Shown here: positions 29,839 through 39,000 of the stretch, piece by piece | Layout of the letters: every line of letters begins with the position of its first letter | How positions within the stretch are numbered: the stretch's first letter is position 1 | IMG/VR virus record: IMGVR_UViG_3300020463_000009 | Location: 1-64,000 of that record | Length of the DNA stretch: 64,000 bases | Strand: one strand, 5' to 3' | From: a virus | Translations under genes and position numbers: made by a program | The notes under the pieces: model-generated | Database searches by the model: none | What the model was told of the DNA's origin: nothing | Seen by the model: the letters and a program-made list of their open reading frames with translations, nothing else

Positions 29839-30464
29839 AAACATTAATTTTAGGAACAATCTGGTATCAAATAATAGCAATATTTGGCCTATCAATAGGA
29901 TTACATAGATACTTTACTCATAGACAAAATTTTAAAATGTCTCCTATGTTAGAAAATATAATATTATATTTAATTGTATTAACAGGTGCTAAATCACCAT
30001 TAGGTTGGGCAGCTGCTCATAGAGTTCATCATCAACATTCTGATACTGAAAAAGACCCACACTCTCCTAAACATAAAGGTTTTTGGTATGTTCTTTTAAA
30101 TAGATGGATGTTTGAATATCCTAATATTAAAAGAAGTCTAGTAAAAGATTTATTGAAAAATCCTAGAGTTATGTTCTTTCATAGAAACTATAATAAGATA
30201 CACTTAATTAGTGCTGTTTTATCTTTATTAATTAGTTTTAAATTTTTTATTGGTTTTATTGTAATGCCTTTTGTATTGAGTTATATATTTTATGGTTTGT
30301 TTAATACATTAGGTCATAAGAATGGTAAACCAGTAACCAATCATATCATAAATTTATTTGCAGCTGGTGAAGGATATCACGATACACACCACGAAAATTG
30401 GAAGAAAATAAGATTAGGTAAGTATGACTTATCAGGATTGATAATTGAGAAAGTATTAAGATGA
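29832..30464 (+). CDS. membrane fatty-acid desaturase, delta-9 (DesC/OLE1)-like
   Basis: Three His boxes HRYFTH, HRVHH (SDTEKDPHSP), GEGYHDTHH; hydrophobic helices. Confidence 0.9.
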   Translation: MVETLILGTIWYQIIAIFGLSIGLHRYFTHRQNFKMSPMLENIILYLIVLTGAKSPLGWAAAHRVHHQHSDTEKDPHSPKHKGFWYVLLNRWMFEYPNIKRSLVKDLLKNPRVMFFHRNYNKIHLISAVLSLLISFKFFIGFIVMPFVLSYIFYGLFNTLGHKNGKPVTNHIINLFAAGEGYHDTHHENWKKIRLGKYDLSGLIIEKVLR

Positions 30465-31063
30465 AGAATAGAAATGATTTACCTAATTATAAAAAAATAG
30501 GTGTAAAAGTTGATACAGGTAAAATACTTAAAATTTTAGAAGATAATAAACATAAACTTATTAAGTACAGAGATAATTTAAATGTTAAATGTGCTACGCC
30601 ATTTTTAAATGAATTATATGAACAAATACCTATTACAGAATTAACAGAGGGTAGTGATTACACTTTACCTTTAGCTGGTCATAGAGACGTTAAATATGAT
30701 GAAAGAAATTATACAACTTTAATAGAATGTTTGAGAGGTACATATATTGAAGAAGTAATGAATATGTTTAAATCAAAACCTACAAGAGCAAGATTTATAA
30801 TTAAGAAACCTGGTGCTCATATTTTACCTCATATGGATTATGATACGACTTATAGTGTGAGATATTTTATTCCCTTAAAAACAAACGAATGGTCGTTTAC
30901 AGCAGTTAAGAGAAAGAATGAAGAACCAGAATTATTAAGTATGAAAGCAGATGGTTCAGTTTACTTTGTTAATCAAGGTTGGACACACTCTGCTTGGAAT
31001 TTTGGTAAAGAAGATTGTATTAGATTAATAGTTGCAGTAAATGGACAAACAGATTTACATTAA
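30461..31063 (+). CDS. 2OG-Fe(II) oxygenase, aspartyl/asparaginyl beta-hydroxylase-like
   Basis: RARF...PG.HILPHMD (HxD), RYFIPL.TN, DGSVYFVNQGWTHSAWN, RL. Confidence 0.8.
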   Translation: MKNRNDLPNYKKIGVKVDTGKILKILEDNKHKLIKYRDNLNVKCATPFLNELYEQIPITELTEGSDYTLPLAGHRDVKYDERNYTTLIECLRGTYIEEVMNMFKSKPTRARFIIKKPGAHILPHMDYDTTYSVRYFIPLKTNEWSFTAVKRKNEEPELLSMKADGSVYFVNQGWTHSAWNFGKEDCIRLIVAVNGQTDLH

Positions 31064-31604
31064 CGATATTATTGAAGATAAAGATAAGTTAATTAAACTA
31101 TCGAAAGAAGCTTCAATAGATTCACCACATAACTTTCACGATTTTGAAAAAAGAATACCAGACTATTTAAATTATCACGTTGTAGAATTAGATGATGAAG
31201 TTATTGCAATGGCAGGTATGTTTCAAAGTAAATTTTGGCCATCTGATTATGTAAGAGTATTAGATAGATGTTATTACTTTAAGAAAGCTAGAAGTAGCAC
31301 ATTATCATTTTATAATGAAAAAGACTTAAAGGCAACAGCTTCAAATTATCTATTGCCAATTCATTTAGAAATTGCTATATCTAAACACTTAACACCTTTC
31401 TTCTCAATTGCAGGTATTCATAGAAGACCAGCTATGGAAAGAATGATAGATATATGGAATAAAAAGAATAGTCTAAAACTAAAAGTATTAGATAAAATGT
31501 ATTTCACCTGTAATCACAAAGTATCAGACAACACAAACGATATGTGTTGGCAGAATATAGCTATACCTGAAGAGTACGATAGATTTGATTTGCCTACTCG
31601 GTAG
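31041..31604 (+). CDS. hypothetical protein, possible GNAT-fold
   Basis: HVVELDDEVIAMAGM...VRVLDRCYY resembles GNAT beta2-beta4; weak. Confidence 0.45.
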   Translation: MDKQIYINDIIEDKDKLIKLSKEASIDSPHNFHDFEKRIPDYLNYHVVELDDEVIAMAGMFQSKFWPSDYVRVLDRCYYFKKARSSTLSFYNEKDLKATASNYLLPIHLEIAISKHLTPFFSIAGIHRRPAMERMIDIWNKKNSLKLKVLDKMYFTCNHKVSDNTNDMCWQNIAIPEEYDRFDLPTR

Positions 31605-31911
31605 GATAAGAATCACCGTGTTGAGAAAGTTCAACGGTTATACCATTAGCATTTAAATGATTTGTTCTTGCAATCTCATTCGCTTTATACTCATCTGTAT
31701 CGTCAAAACCTAATGATGTATCAACTGAAGTAAAACAAATTTTATAGTATTGTTTTAATTTATCACCTGATTCGGATATTTCATAAGCAGTAATCTTAGC
31801 TGGGTCTGAAGTCTTCCAATTCTCGATTACGGCCATAACTTCATCTGAAGGCACAAACCAAGGTGTGAGTACATTCGGTCTTGTATAGGTCACTTTTGTC
31901 CAAAATGCCAT
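31594..31911 (-). CDS. hypothetical protein with own late promoter
   Basis: AGGAG SD; minus-strand TATAAATA at 31934-31941. Confidence 0.75.
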   Translation of the reverse strand: MAFWTKVTYTRPNVLTPWFVPSDEVMAVIENWKTSDPAKITAYEISESGDKLKQYYKICFTSVDTSLGFDDTDEYKANEIARTNHLNANGITVELSQHGDSYPTE

Positions 31912-31933
31912 AATTTTTCTCCTATTCTATCTT

Positions 31934-31950
31934 TATTTATAATATAAATA
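31934..31950. promoter_or_regulatory. back-to-back divergent late promoters
   Basis: TATTTATA-A-TATAAATA: minus copy 31934-31941, plus copy 31943-31950. Confidence 0.85.
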
Positions 31951-31973
31951 GTATAGTACAAGGAGAAATTGAT

Positions 31974-32201
31974 ATGATTAACATAGATGGCAAGACATAT
32001 GACGAAGCGAAATTTAGTCCTGAATTACAAAATTACCTTGTGGTAAGACAAGAAATTCAGGTTAATGCTACAAGACACAGACTTGAGCTTGAAAAAATAG
32101 AAGTTTTGACGAATCATTATAACGCTAAAATAGTAGAATTAATTAAAAAAGAAGCACCAGAGACAGAAATTAAAGAAGTCAAAGAAACAGAGAAAAAATA
32201 G
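31974..32201 (+). CDS. small coiled-coil protein (possible fibre chaperone)
   Basis: AAGGAG SD; INIDGKTYD N-terminus followed by a helical region. Confidence 0.65.
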   Translation: MINIDGKTYDEAKFSPELQNYLVVRQEIQVNATRHRLELEKIEVLTNHYNAKIVELIKKEAPETEIKEVKETEKK

Positions 32202-32534
32202 ATGGCCGCTATAGCTAATTTAACCATAGACCAAGGCGCAACTTTTACCTCGGATGTGACCGTAAAAGACGCAAATGGTAATGCTTTTGACCTGACAGGT
32301 TATACTGCTAGGGCAAAATTAGCGAAAGGCTATCAATCCACAAAAACAAGGCAAGATTTCACTGCCACAATTGCTAATGCAACAGGAGGCGTAGTTACCT
32401 TATCGTTAACAGCGACACAAACTACTGCTCTTGATGATACAAGATACGTATATGATTTAGAGATTGTTACCGGTGATGTAGTGACCAGAGTAATTGAGGG
32501 ATTAATCTCTGTACGTCCACAGGTTACTACTTAA
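32202..32534 (+). CDS. virion structural protein (Ig-like adaptor)
   Basis: ANLTIDQGATF, FDLTGYTA, LSLTATQT, RYVYDLEI, RVIEG.I.V.P. Confidence 0.7.
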   Translation: MAAIANLTIDQGATFTSDVTVKDANGNAFDLTGYTARAKLAKGYQSTKTRQDFTATIANATGGVVTLSLTATQTTALDDTRYVYDLEIVTGDVVTRVIEGLISVRPQVTT

Positions 32535-32551
32535 TTCTAGCGTCTTTTTGT

Positions 32552-32559
32552 TATAAATA
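32552..32559 (+). promoter_or_regulatory. late promoter TATAAATA
   Basis: Exact consensus, flanked by a short inverted repeat (TTTTGT/ACAAAA). Confidence 0.78.
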
Positions 32560-32579
32560 TACAAAAGAGAGGGAGTTTA

Positions 32580-32828
32580 ATGCCTGATATAACAGCAAAA
32601 ATTAATGTAAATACAAGTGCCGGTCCACAAAAAGTTTCTGTACAACTTCCCTCAGCTCAGGCAGCTGGGAACGCCACTTTACAATTAAAACTTTTAGGTG
32701 ATGTTGATACAACTGAATTAAATGATGGTGCATTATTACAATATAGAGCTTCAGACGGTAAGTTTGTAACCAGAACGGAGATAGTAACCACAACCGGAAC
32801 GCTCTTATTTAATTGTGGTAACTTTTAA
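32580..32828 (+). CDS. small virion structural protein
   Basis: LGDVD...LNDGALLQY fibre motif, C-terminal GNF. Confidence 0.65.
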   Translation: MPDITAKINVNTSAGPQKVSVQLPSAQAAGNATLQLKLLGDVDTTELNDGALLQYRASDGKFVTRTEIVTTTGTLLFNCGNF

Positions 32829-32837
32829 GGATAAAAA

Positions 32838-34547
32838 ATGGCAACTATAATTCAGATAAAAAGAAGTAATGCAGCTTCAGCACCTAGTACACTAAAACAA
32901 GGTGAAATGGGTCTTACGTTTGGGGCAGGTACTCAAGCAAATTTAGGTGATAGACTTTTCATAGGAACAGGTTCAGTAGATTCAAATGGTGACGCAACTA
33001 GTATTGACGTTATCGGCGGTAAATATTTTGCAGATTTAAATGACCACGCTCACGGTACATTAACTGCTAACTCAACAATAATTGTTGACTCAAACAAATC
33101 AATAGATGAATTAATTGTAGGTAACTCTGCTACAGCAGGTGGTACAATTAAATTTAATGAAGGCACAAATAACGGCTCTAACTTTGTTGCCTTAAAAGCA
33201 CCTAATAATACGGCTGCTTCAACAACATTTACATTACCAGATGGTGATGGTACAGCAGGTCAGTTTATGAAAACTGACGGTGGTGGAAATCTATCTTTCG
33301 AAACAATCTTTTCAAACATAGATATGGCCGGTGATACTGGTACAGACACTTACAATACTAATGAGACTTTGACTTTTGCCGGTGGTGCTGGTATGCAAGC
33401 TGTGGTTACAGATAATACGGTAACTATTAATGCAACAGGTTTAACTAATTCAAATTTATCTGGTTCAGCTGCTATTGCAAATGCAAACTTAGCTAATCCA
33501 ACAATAACTTTAGGTTCATCTACATTAACATTAGGTGCAACAACGCAAGATATTGCCGGATTAACTTCTTTAGTAGTTGATGATATTACAATTAATGGCC
33601 AAACACTTTCAACAGGAAGTGCAAACAAAGATATTAATATAAATCCACACGGCACAGGTACGGTAAAAGTTCCTAGTGGTTATGAAGATAGAAGTGGTTT
33701 TGATAATCAATCATTAGCAAACAAAGCTTACGTTGACCAAGTTGCTCAAGGTTTAGATACTAAACCATCTTGTAGAGCGGCTACAACTGCTGACTTATCA
33801 GCAACATATAATAACGGAAGTTCAGGTGTTGGTGCAACATTAACAGCAGGTTCAAATGGCGCAATTGTTATTGATGGTGTATCTGCTAGTGTAAACGATA
33901 GAATTTTAGTTAAAAATCAATCAACAGCTTCTGAAAACGGTATATATGTTGTTTCAACGCAAGGTGATGGTTCAACTGCTTTTGTATTAACAAGAGCAAC
34001 TCCTGAAGACCAACCATCAGAATTATCAGGTGGTGCTTTCGTATTCGTAGAAGAAGGTACGGCTGGTTCTAATAACGGTTATGTATTTACACACACAGGT
34101 GCTCCAACTTTTGGAACAACTGCTTTAGATGTTGTACAATTCTCTGGTGCAGGTTCAGTAATTGCAGGTGCAGCTTTAACTAAATCAGGTAATACTTTAG
34201 ATGTTGCAGTAGATGATAGTTCAATTGAAGTTGCTACAGATTCATTAAGAGTTAAATCATTAGGTATTACAAATGCTATGTTAGCAGGTAGTATTGCAAG
34301 TTCAAAACTAGCAGACCCTATTTTCTTTACAGACGAATCATCAACGCAAGGTCAAGTATCAGTTGGTGGTACTTTAGAATTTATAACAGGCGAAGGTATT
34401 AATACAACTGCCAGCGGAAATAAATTAACTATCGCAGGTGAGTTAGCAAGTACAACAAATATCGGTGTCGCAAAATTTAACGCAACCAATTTTAACGTAA
34501 CCTCTGGTGATGTTGAAATTGATACTATTGACGGAGGAAGTTTCTAG
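32838..34547 (+). CDS. tail fibre protein
   Basis: IQIKRS..APSTL.QGE N-terminus, ANKAYVD, RILVKNQ...ENGIYVV, IDGGSF C-terminus. Confidence 0.8.
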   Translation: MATIIQIKRSNAASAPSTLKQGEMGLTFGAGTQANLGDRLFIGTGSVDSNGDATSIDVIGGKYFADLNDHAHGTLTANSTIIVDSNKSIDELIVGNSATAGGTIKFNEGTNNGSNFVALKAPNNTAASTTFTLPDGDGTAGQFMKTDGGGNLSFETIFSNIDMAGDTGTDTYNTNETLTFAGGAGMQAVVTDNTVTINATGLTNSNLSGSAAIANANLANPTITLGSSTLTLGATTQDIAGLTSLVVDDITINGQTLSTGSANKDININPHGTGTVKVPSGYEDRSGFDNQSLANKAYVDQVAQGLDTKPSCRAATTADLSATYNNGSSGVGATLTAGSNGAIVIDGVSASVNDRILVKNQSTASENGIYVVSTQGDGSTAFVLTRATPEDQPSELSGGAFVFVEEGTAGSNNGYVFTHTGAPTFGTTALDVVQFSGAGSVIAGAALTKSGNTLDVAVDDSSIEVATDSLRVKSLGITNAMLAGSIASSKLADPIFFTDESSTQGQVSVGGTLEFITGEGINTTASGNKLTIAGELASTTNIGVAKFNATNFNVTSGDVEIDTIDGGSF

Positions 34548-34786
34548 TGTTTACTATTATCAAAAAATGGTTTGATGGTGTTTTAAAATCTTATGAGAAA
34601 AAACCAGTAAATTATTTATCAGGTAAAAAAAAATCAGCAACAATTAGAGTTGGTGATTTAGAATACAAAACAAAAAAAGAATTAGAAACTATCGGTAGAA
34701 AAATCGGTATAGAATTAGATAGAAGATTAACTAAAACAAAATTAATTAATAAAATTAAATATAAAGTAAAGAATAGAAATAGATAA
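34547..34786 (+). CDS. small basic protein with HeH/Rho-N-like C-terminal motif
   Basis: GTG start overlapping upstream TAG; TKKELETIGRKIGIELDRRLTKTKLI. Confidence 0.6.
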   Translation: MFTIIKKWFDGVLKSYEKKPVNYLSGKKKSATIRVGDLEYKTKKELETIGRKIGIELDRRLTKTKLINKIKYKVKNRNR

Positions 34787-34788
34787 TT

Positions 34789-35220
34789 ATGGCTGTTGTA
34801 ATTAAACCAAAACGTTCAGAAACTTCATTACAAATACCATCAGCTGCTGCTTTGCAAGTTGGTGAGTTAGCTATGAATGCTACAGACGGAAAGTTTTTTA
34901 CTAAACTTTCTAATGGTACCGTAAGAGAGCTAGGTGGTGCAGGTTCAGTTATTCTACAAGACGTTACCACTAACGGTAATATTACTACAAACGATTTAAT
35001 TTTAAACGGTTCAAACCTAATATTTGAAGGTCTATTAGAAAACGCCTTTGAAACTACTTTAAAAGTTGTAGAGCCAACTGGTGATAGAATTATCAGATTA
35101 CCAAATGTATCTGGTGATGTTATCACAACTGGTAATTTAACTAAAGACGGTACTGCTACTGGTGACCCATTAGCTGCCGAGGGAGACGCCGTTGCTTTTG
35201 CTATAGCATTAGGGGGTTAA
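34789..35220 (+). CDS. short fibre/adaptor structural protein
   Basis: IKPKRS..IPS...L.VGELAMN..DGK.F N-terminus like 32838; ends AFAIALGG. Confidence 0.7.
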   Translation: MAVVIKPKRSETSLQIPSAAALQVGELAMNATDGKFFTKLSNGTVRELGGAGSVILQDVTTNGNITTNDLILNGSNLIFEGLLENAFETTLKVVEPTGDRIIRLPNVSGDVITTGNLTKDGTATGDPLAAEGDAVAFAIALGG

Positions 35221-35226
35221 TAGATT

Positions 35227-35556
35227 ATGGCTAGTTCATTTATAAATGCAGGCGCTCAATTAACAATAACAGACGCTACTGGTGCTAATATATACACTTG
35301 TCCGGCGGGTACAAAAGCAGTTATTCACGCTTGTATGGTATCAAATTTAAACAATTCTGGTACTTCAAAAGGCACAATTAAGATTACAACTGACGGTGGT
35401 TCTACGTTTAGAACGGTTTTAAAAGACGCAGAGATACCACCCAACGATACTTTACAGATGGATAAGCCTCTGAATCTAGAGGCAAATGATATAATAAGAA
35501 TATATGGTACAAGCACTAATATGGAATGTTTTTTATCTATATTAGAATTAACGTAA
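35227..35556 (+). CDS. virion structural protein (small beta-sandwich)
   Basis: IYTCPAGT.AVI, IPPNDTL, LEANDII, SILELT. Confidence 0.65.
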   Translation: MASSFINAGAQLTITDATGANIYTCPAGTKAVIHACMVSNLNNSGTSKGTIKITTDGGSTFRTVLKDAEIPPNDTLQMDKPLNLEANDIIRIYGTSTNMECFLSILELT

Positions 35557-35564
35557 TAAAGTTT

Positions 35565-35572
35565 TATAAATA
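35565..35572 (+). promoter_or_regulatory. late promoter TATAAATA
   Basis: Exact consensus in intergenic gap. Confidence 0.8.
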
Positions 35573-35600
35573 TAGATAGAATTTAAGTTAGGAGATATTA

Positions 35601-36047
35601 ATGGCACTAGTAGTAAATAAAGTTTACAACGCTAAAGACGCAAATGGTAAAACGATTACTAGTGAATATAGTTTCCACGGATTAAGTCGTGATGGAGATG
35701 GTCTTTTAACATATACTAAAAGTAATTGGTATAGTGGTGATTCAATTAATATGGACAATGGTGAAGGAACAGCTTACAATTCAGTAGGTGAGTTTCAAAA
35801 AAATGAGTTAACGTATGCTAGTGGTTCTTATTCAGTAGGACATAATATTAATGATATACCTATTGATTATAGTTCAACAACTGACCCTAGACAAGCGAAT
35901 ACTATAAACAGAAAATATGAGCAACACGTATTTGATGAAAACAAAGCGACTTACTTTATTAATGCTGACGGTTATTTGGTATTGAGAATTGGAAATGAAT
36001 ATACATACGGTGCTCAAGATGGTGCAACAGGTAACTGGACCACTTAA
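35601..36047 (+). CDS. putative structural protein
   Basis: AGGAG SD; FHGLSRDGDGLLTY, YFINADGYLV. Confidence 0.65.
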   Translation: MALVVNKVYNAKDANGKTITSEYSFHGLSRDGDGLLTYTKSNWYSGDSINMDNGEGTAYNSVGEFQKNELTYASGSYSVGHNINDIPIDYSSTTDPRQANTINRKYEQHVFDENKATYFINADGYLVLRIGNEYTYGAQDGATGNWTT

Positions 36048-36069
36048 TAAGGAAATATAGGAAAAAACA

Positions 36070-39000
36070 ATGGCAGATTTTGTACTAGGTAGATTAAAGT
36101 TTCACTTCAAAGGTGCTTGGACTACTGGAACGGCTTATATAAAAGATGACGTACTTACTTATGGTGGTAATGCGTTTGTATGTAAAGTAAACCATACAGC
36201 AAATGCAGATTTTTATGTAGATTTAAACCACGGTACGCCAAAATGGGCAAAGATGGCCGGCGGTTTCGAATACAAAGGAAATTGGGCAGCTACAACTCTT
36301 TACAAAATTGATGATATCGTAACCTACGGTGGTTCGACTTATAGATGTTTAACAGGTCATACTTCACAAGCAGACTTATATGATGACACGGCAAAATGGC
36401 AAACATTTGCCGCTGGTTTAGCTTGGAGAGGTGATTGGGCAACATCAACTGGTTACAGAAATGATGACATTGTAAAATACGGTGCAAACACATATCTATG
36501 TACAACTCAACACACATCTTCAGGTACAACATTAGACGAAAGTAAATTTACTTTATTCGTATCAGGACTAGAATTTGAAAATTCTTGGTCATCTTCAACT
36601 TTATACCAATTAGGTGATATTGTTACCTACGGTGGTTATAACTACGTTGCTGAAAGAGCAAACAATAATGTTATACCTTACAACAATGCTTCAGATTGGA
36701 AATTATTTACAACAGGATTTACCAACACAGGTACTTGGTCAAACTCAACAGCATATAAAACTGGTGATACCGTAAACCACGGTGGTCATTATTATGTGGC
36801 TAAAATTGACGGAACAAACCAAGAGCCAACAGGTACAACTAACTCATATTGGGATTTAGTTGTAGAAGGATTATATTGGAGAAACAATTGGGCAACTGCT
36901 ACTGCTTACAAAATTGGTGACGCAGTTTCTTATGGAGCTTCTTCTTACAGAGCAAAAACAAATCATACTTCATCAGCTTCTAATAGACCAGATGTTTCAG
37001 GTCAAACAGATTGGGACTTACTTGCAGAAGGAGATTCAAACGCAACTCTAACTACAAGAGGTGATATATTAACTAGAGACGCAACTCAACGAGTTAGATT
37101 ACCAATCGGTGCAGCTGGTACTTTCTTAAAATCAGATGGTACAGATGTTGTATGGGCATTACCAAATGTAGCAAACAAAGTTTATTATGTATCTACTTCA
37201 GGTACAGACAATACAGATACAGGTAGAGGTACTTCTCCTGAATTACCTTGGAGAACAATTAAATATGCTTGTTCACAAGTAGCTTCAGACACAACAAATT
37301 TCAAAACAATTAAAGTTGCAACAGGAACATATACTGAACAATTACCAATTACGGTTGCAAGAAAAACTGCTATAATAGGTGATAACTTACGAAGTGTTAC
37401 CGTTTCGCCAGATACTACAACTGACAATGGTGCAGGTGCAGGTATATCAAGTGATGGTTCAACACCAAATAACAGACAGACTATGTTTAGATTAAATGAC
37501 TCTGTTACCTTATCTGGTATGACATTTAGTGGAATGACAGGTCAATTAGCTGGTTCAGCAAGTGCTGACGGTTTAACAAGACCAACAACTGCTACAGGTG
37601 CAACAGCAACAGGTGTTGTTTGTGCTCTTGACCCAGGTTCAGGTCCTACTGATACTTCAGTTCACATTGTTGCAAGGTCACCTTTTGTACAAAACTGCTC
37701 ATCTATTGGTACTAGAGCTGTTGGTATTAAAATTGATGGTTCTTTACACAATGCAGGTAATAAATCAATACTTGCAAATGACTTTACACAGGTCATTGAT
37801 AACGGTTTCGGTGTATGGATATTAAATGGTGCAAAATCAGAATTAGTATCTGTATTTACTTATTACTGCTACGTTGGTTATCTTGCCGACTCAGGTGGTG
37901 TAATGCGTTCACTAAACTCTAACAACTCATATGGTGAAAGAGGTTCAGTTGCTTCAGGTGTTGACCCTAACGAAACACCGGTTACAGCAACGGTAAATAA
38001 TAGAGACAATGAGGCAATCATTGGTAGAGCATTAGTATCAAACGCTGGTGTTTACAGATTAGAACAAGAATACGCAGGTGAAACTTATACATCTGCTTCA
38101 GAAACAATTACAGGTTCAGGCGCAAATGCTAACTTCACGGCAGACATAGTTGATGGTGCAGTTAAACATATTGATACAACAACAAATGGTGCAGGTCACT
38201 TTACAACCATTGGTGTTGCTCAAGGCGGTTCAACAACAACTATCAGATTAGCGGCTGCCGATACACAAGCGGATGATTTCTATAACGGTATGAGAATTAC
38301 GGTTACAACTGGTACTGGTTCAGGTCAAACTGCTTACATTGGTGATTATGCAACAGCAACAAAAACTGCTACCGTTTTCAAAGAAGATGGTTCAGCAGGT
38401 TTTGATGTATTTGGTCCAACTTCAGTTGCAGTTGCTCCAGACGCAACAACAAATTATGAAATTGAGCCAAGAGTTACCATCACAGGCGGTGGTTCTCCTA
38501 CAAGAAACGCATTAGCAAGAGTTATAATTGAAAATCAAATAATTAAAAAATTCTTAATCATTGATGGTGGTGCAGGTTATTCAACTGCTCCTTCAATTTC
38601 GGTAACAGACCCTAACGCAACAACCGTTGGTACTGGTACTGCTACAATTGGTGACGGAGTAATTTCAAGATGGACATATGTAGCTGCAGGTTCAGGTTAT
38701 AAACAAGAAAACACGGCAGGTACCGTATCTGGTGATGGTTATGCTGAAATCTTACCAGTTGGTGCAACGGTAAAAACTTCAGGTTTAGCTTCTCAACCAA
38801 AAGCAGGTTCAAGTATTGTATTTTCAAATGCTTCAAGTGTAAGTTATATTATAGTAAGTGTTCTTGCACACGCAAATGGCGGTATAACAAGTATGGAAGT
38901 ATCACCAAATATTTCAAAAACAAATGCTCCTACTCAAGGGGTTACTGCTACGGTTAGACAAAATTATTCAAACATAAGATTAACAGGTCACGACTTCCTA

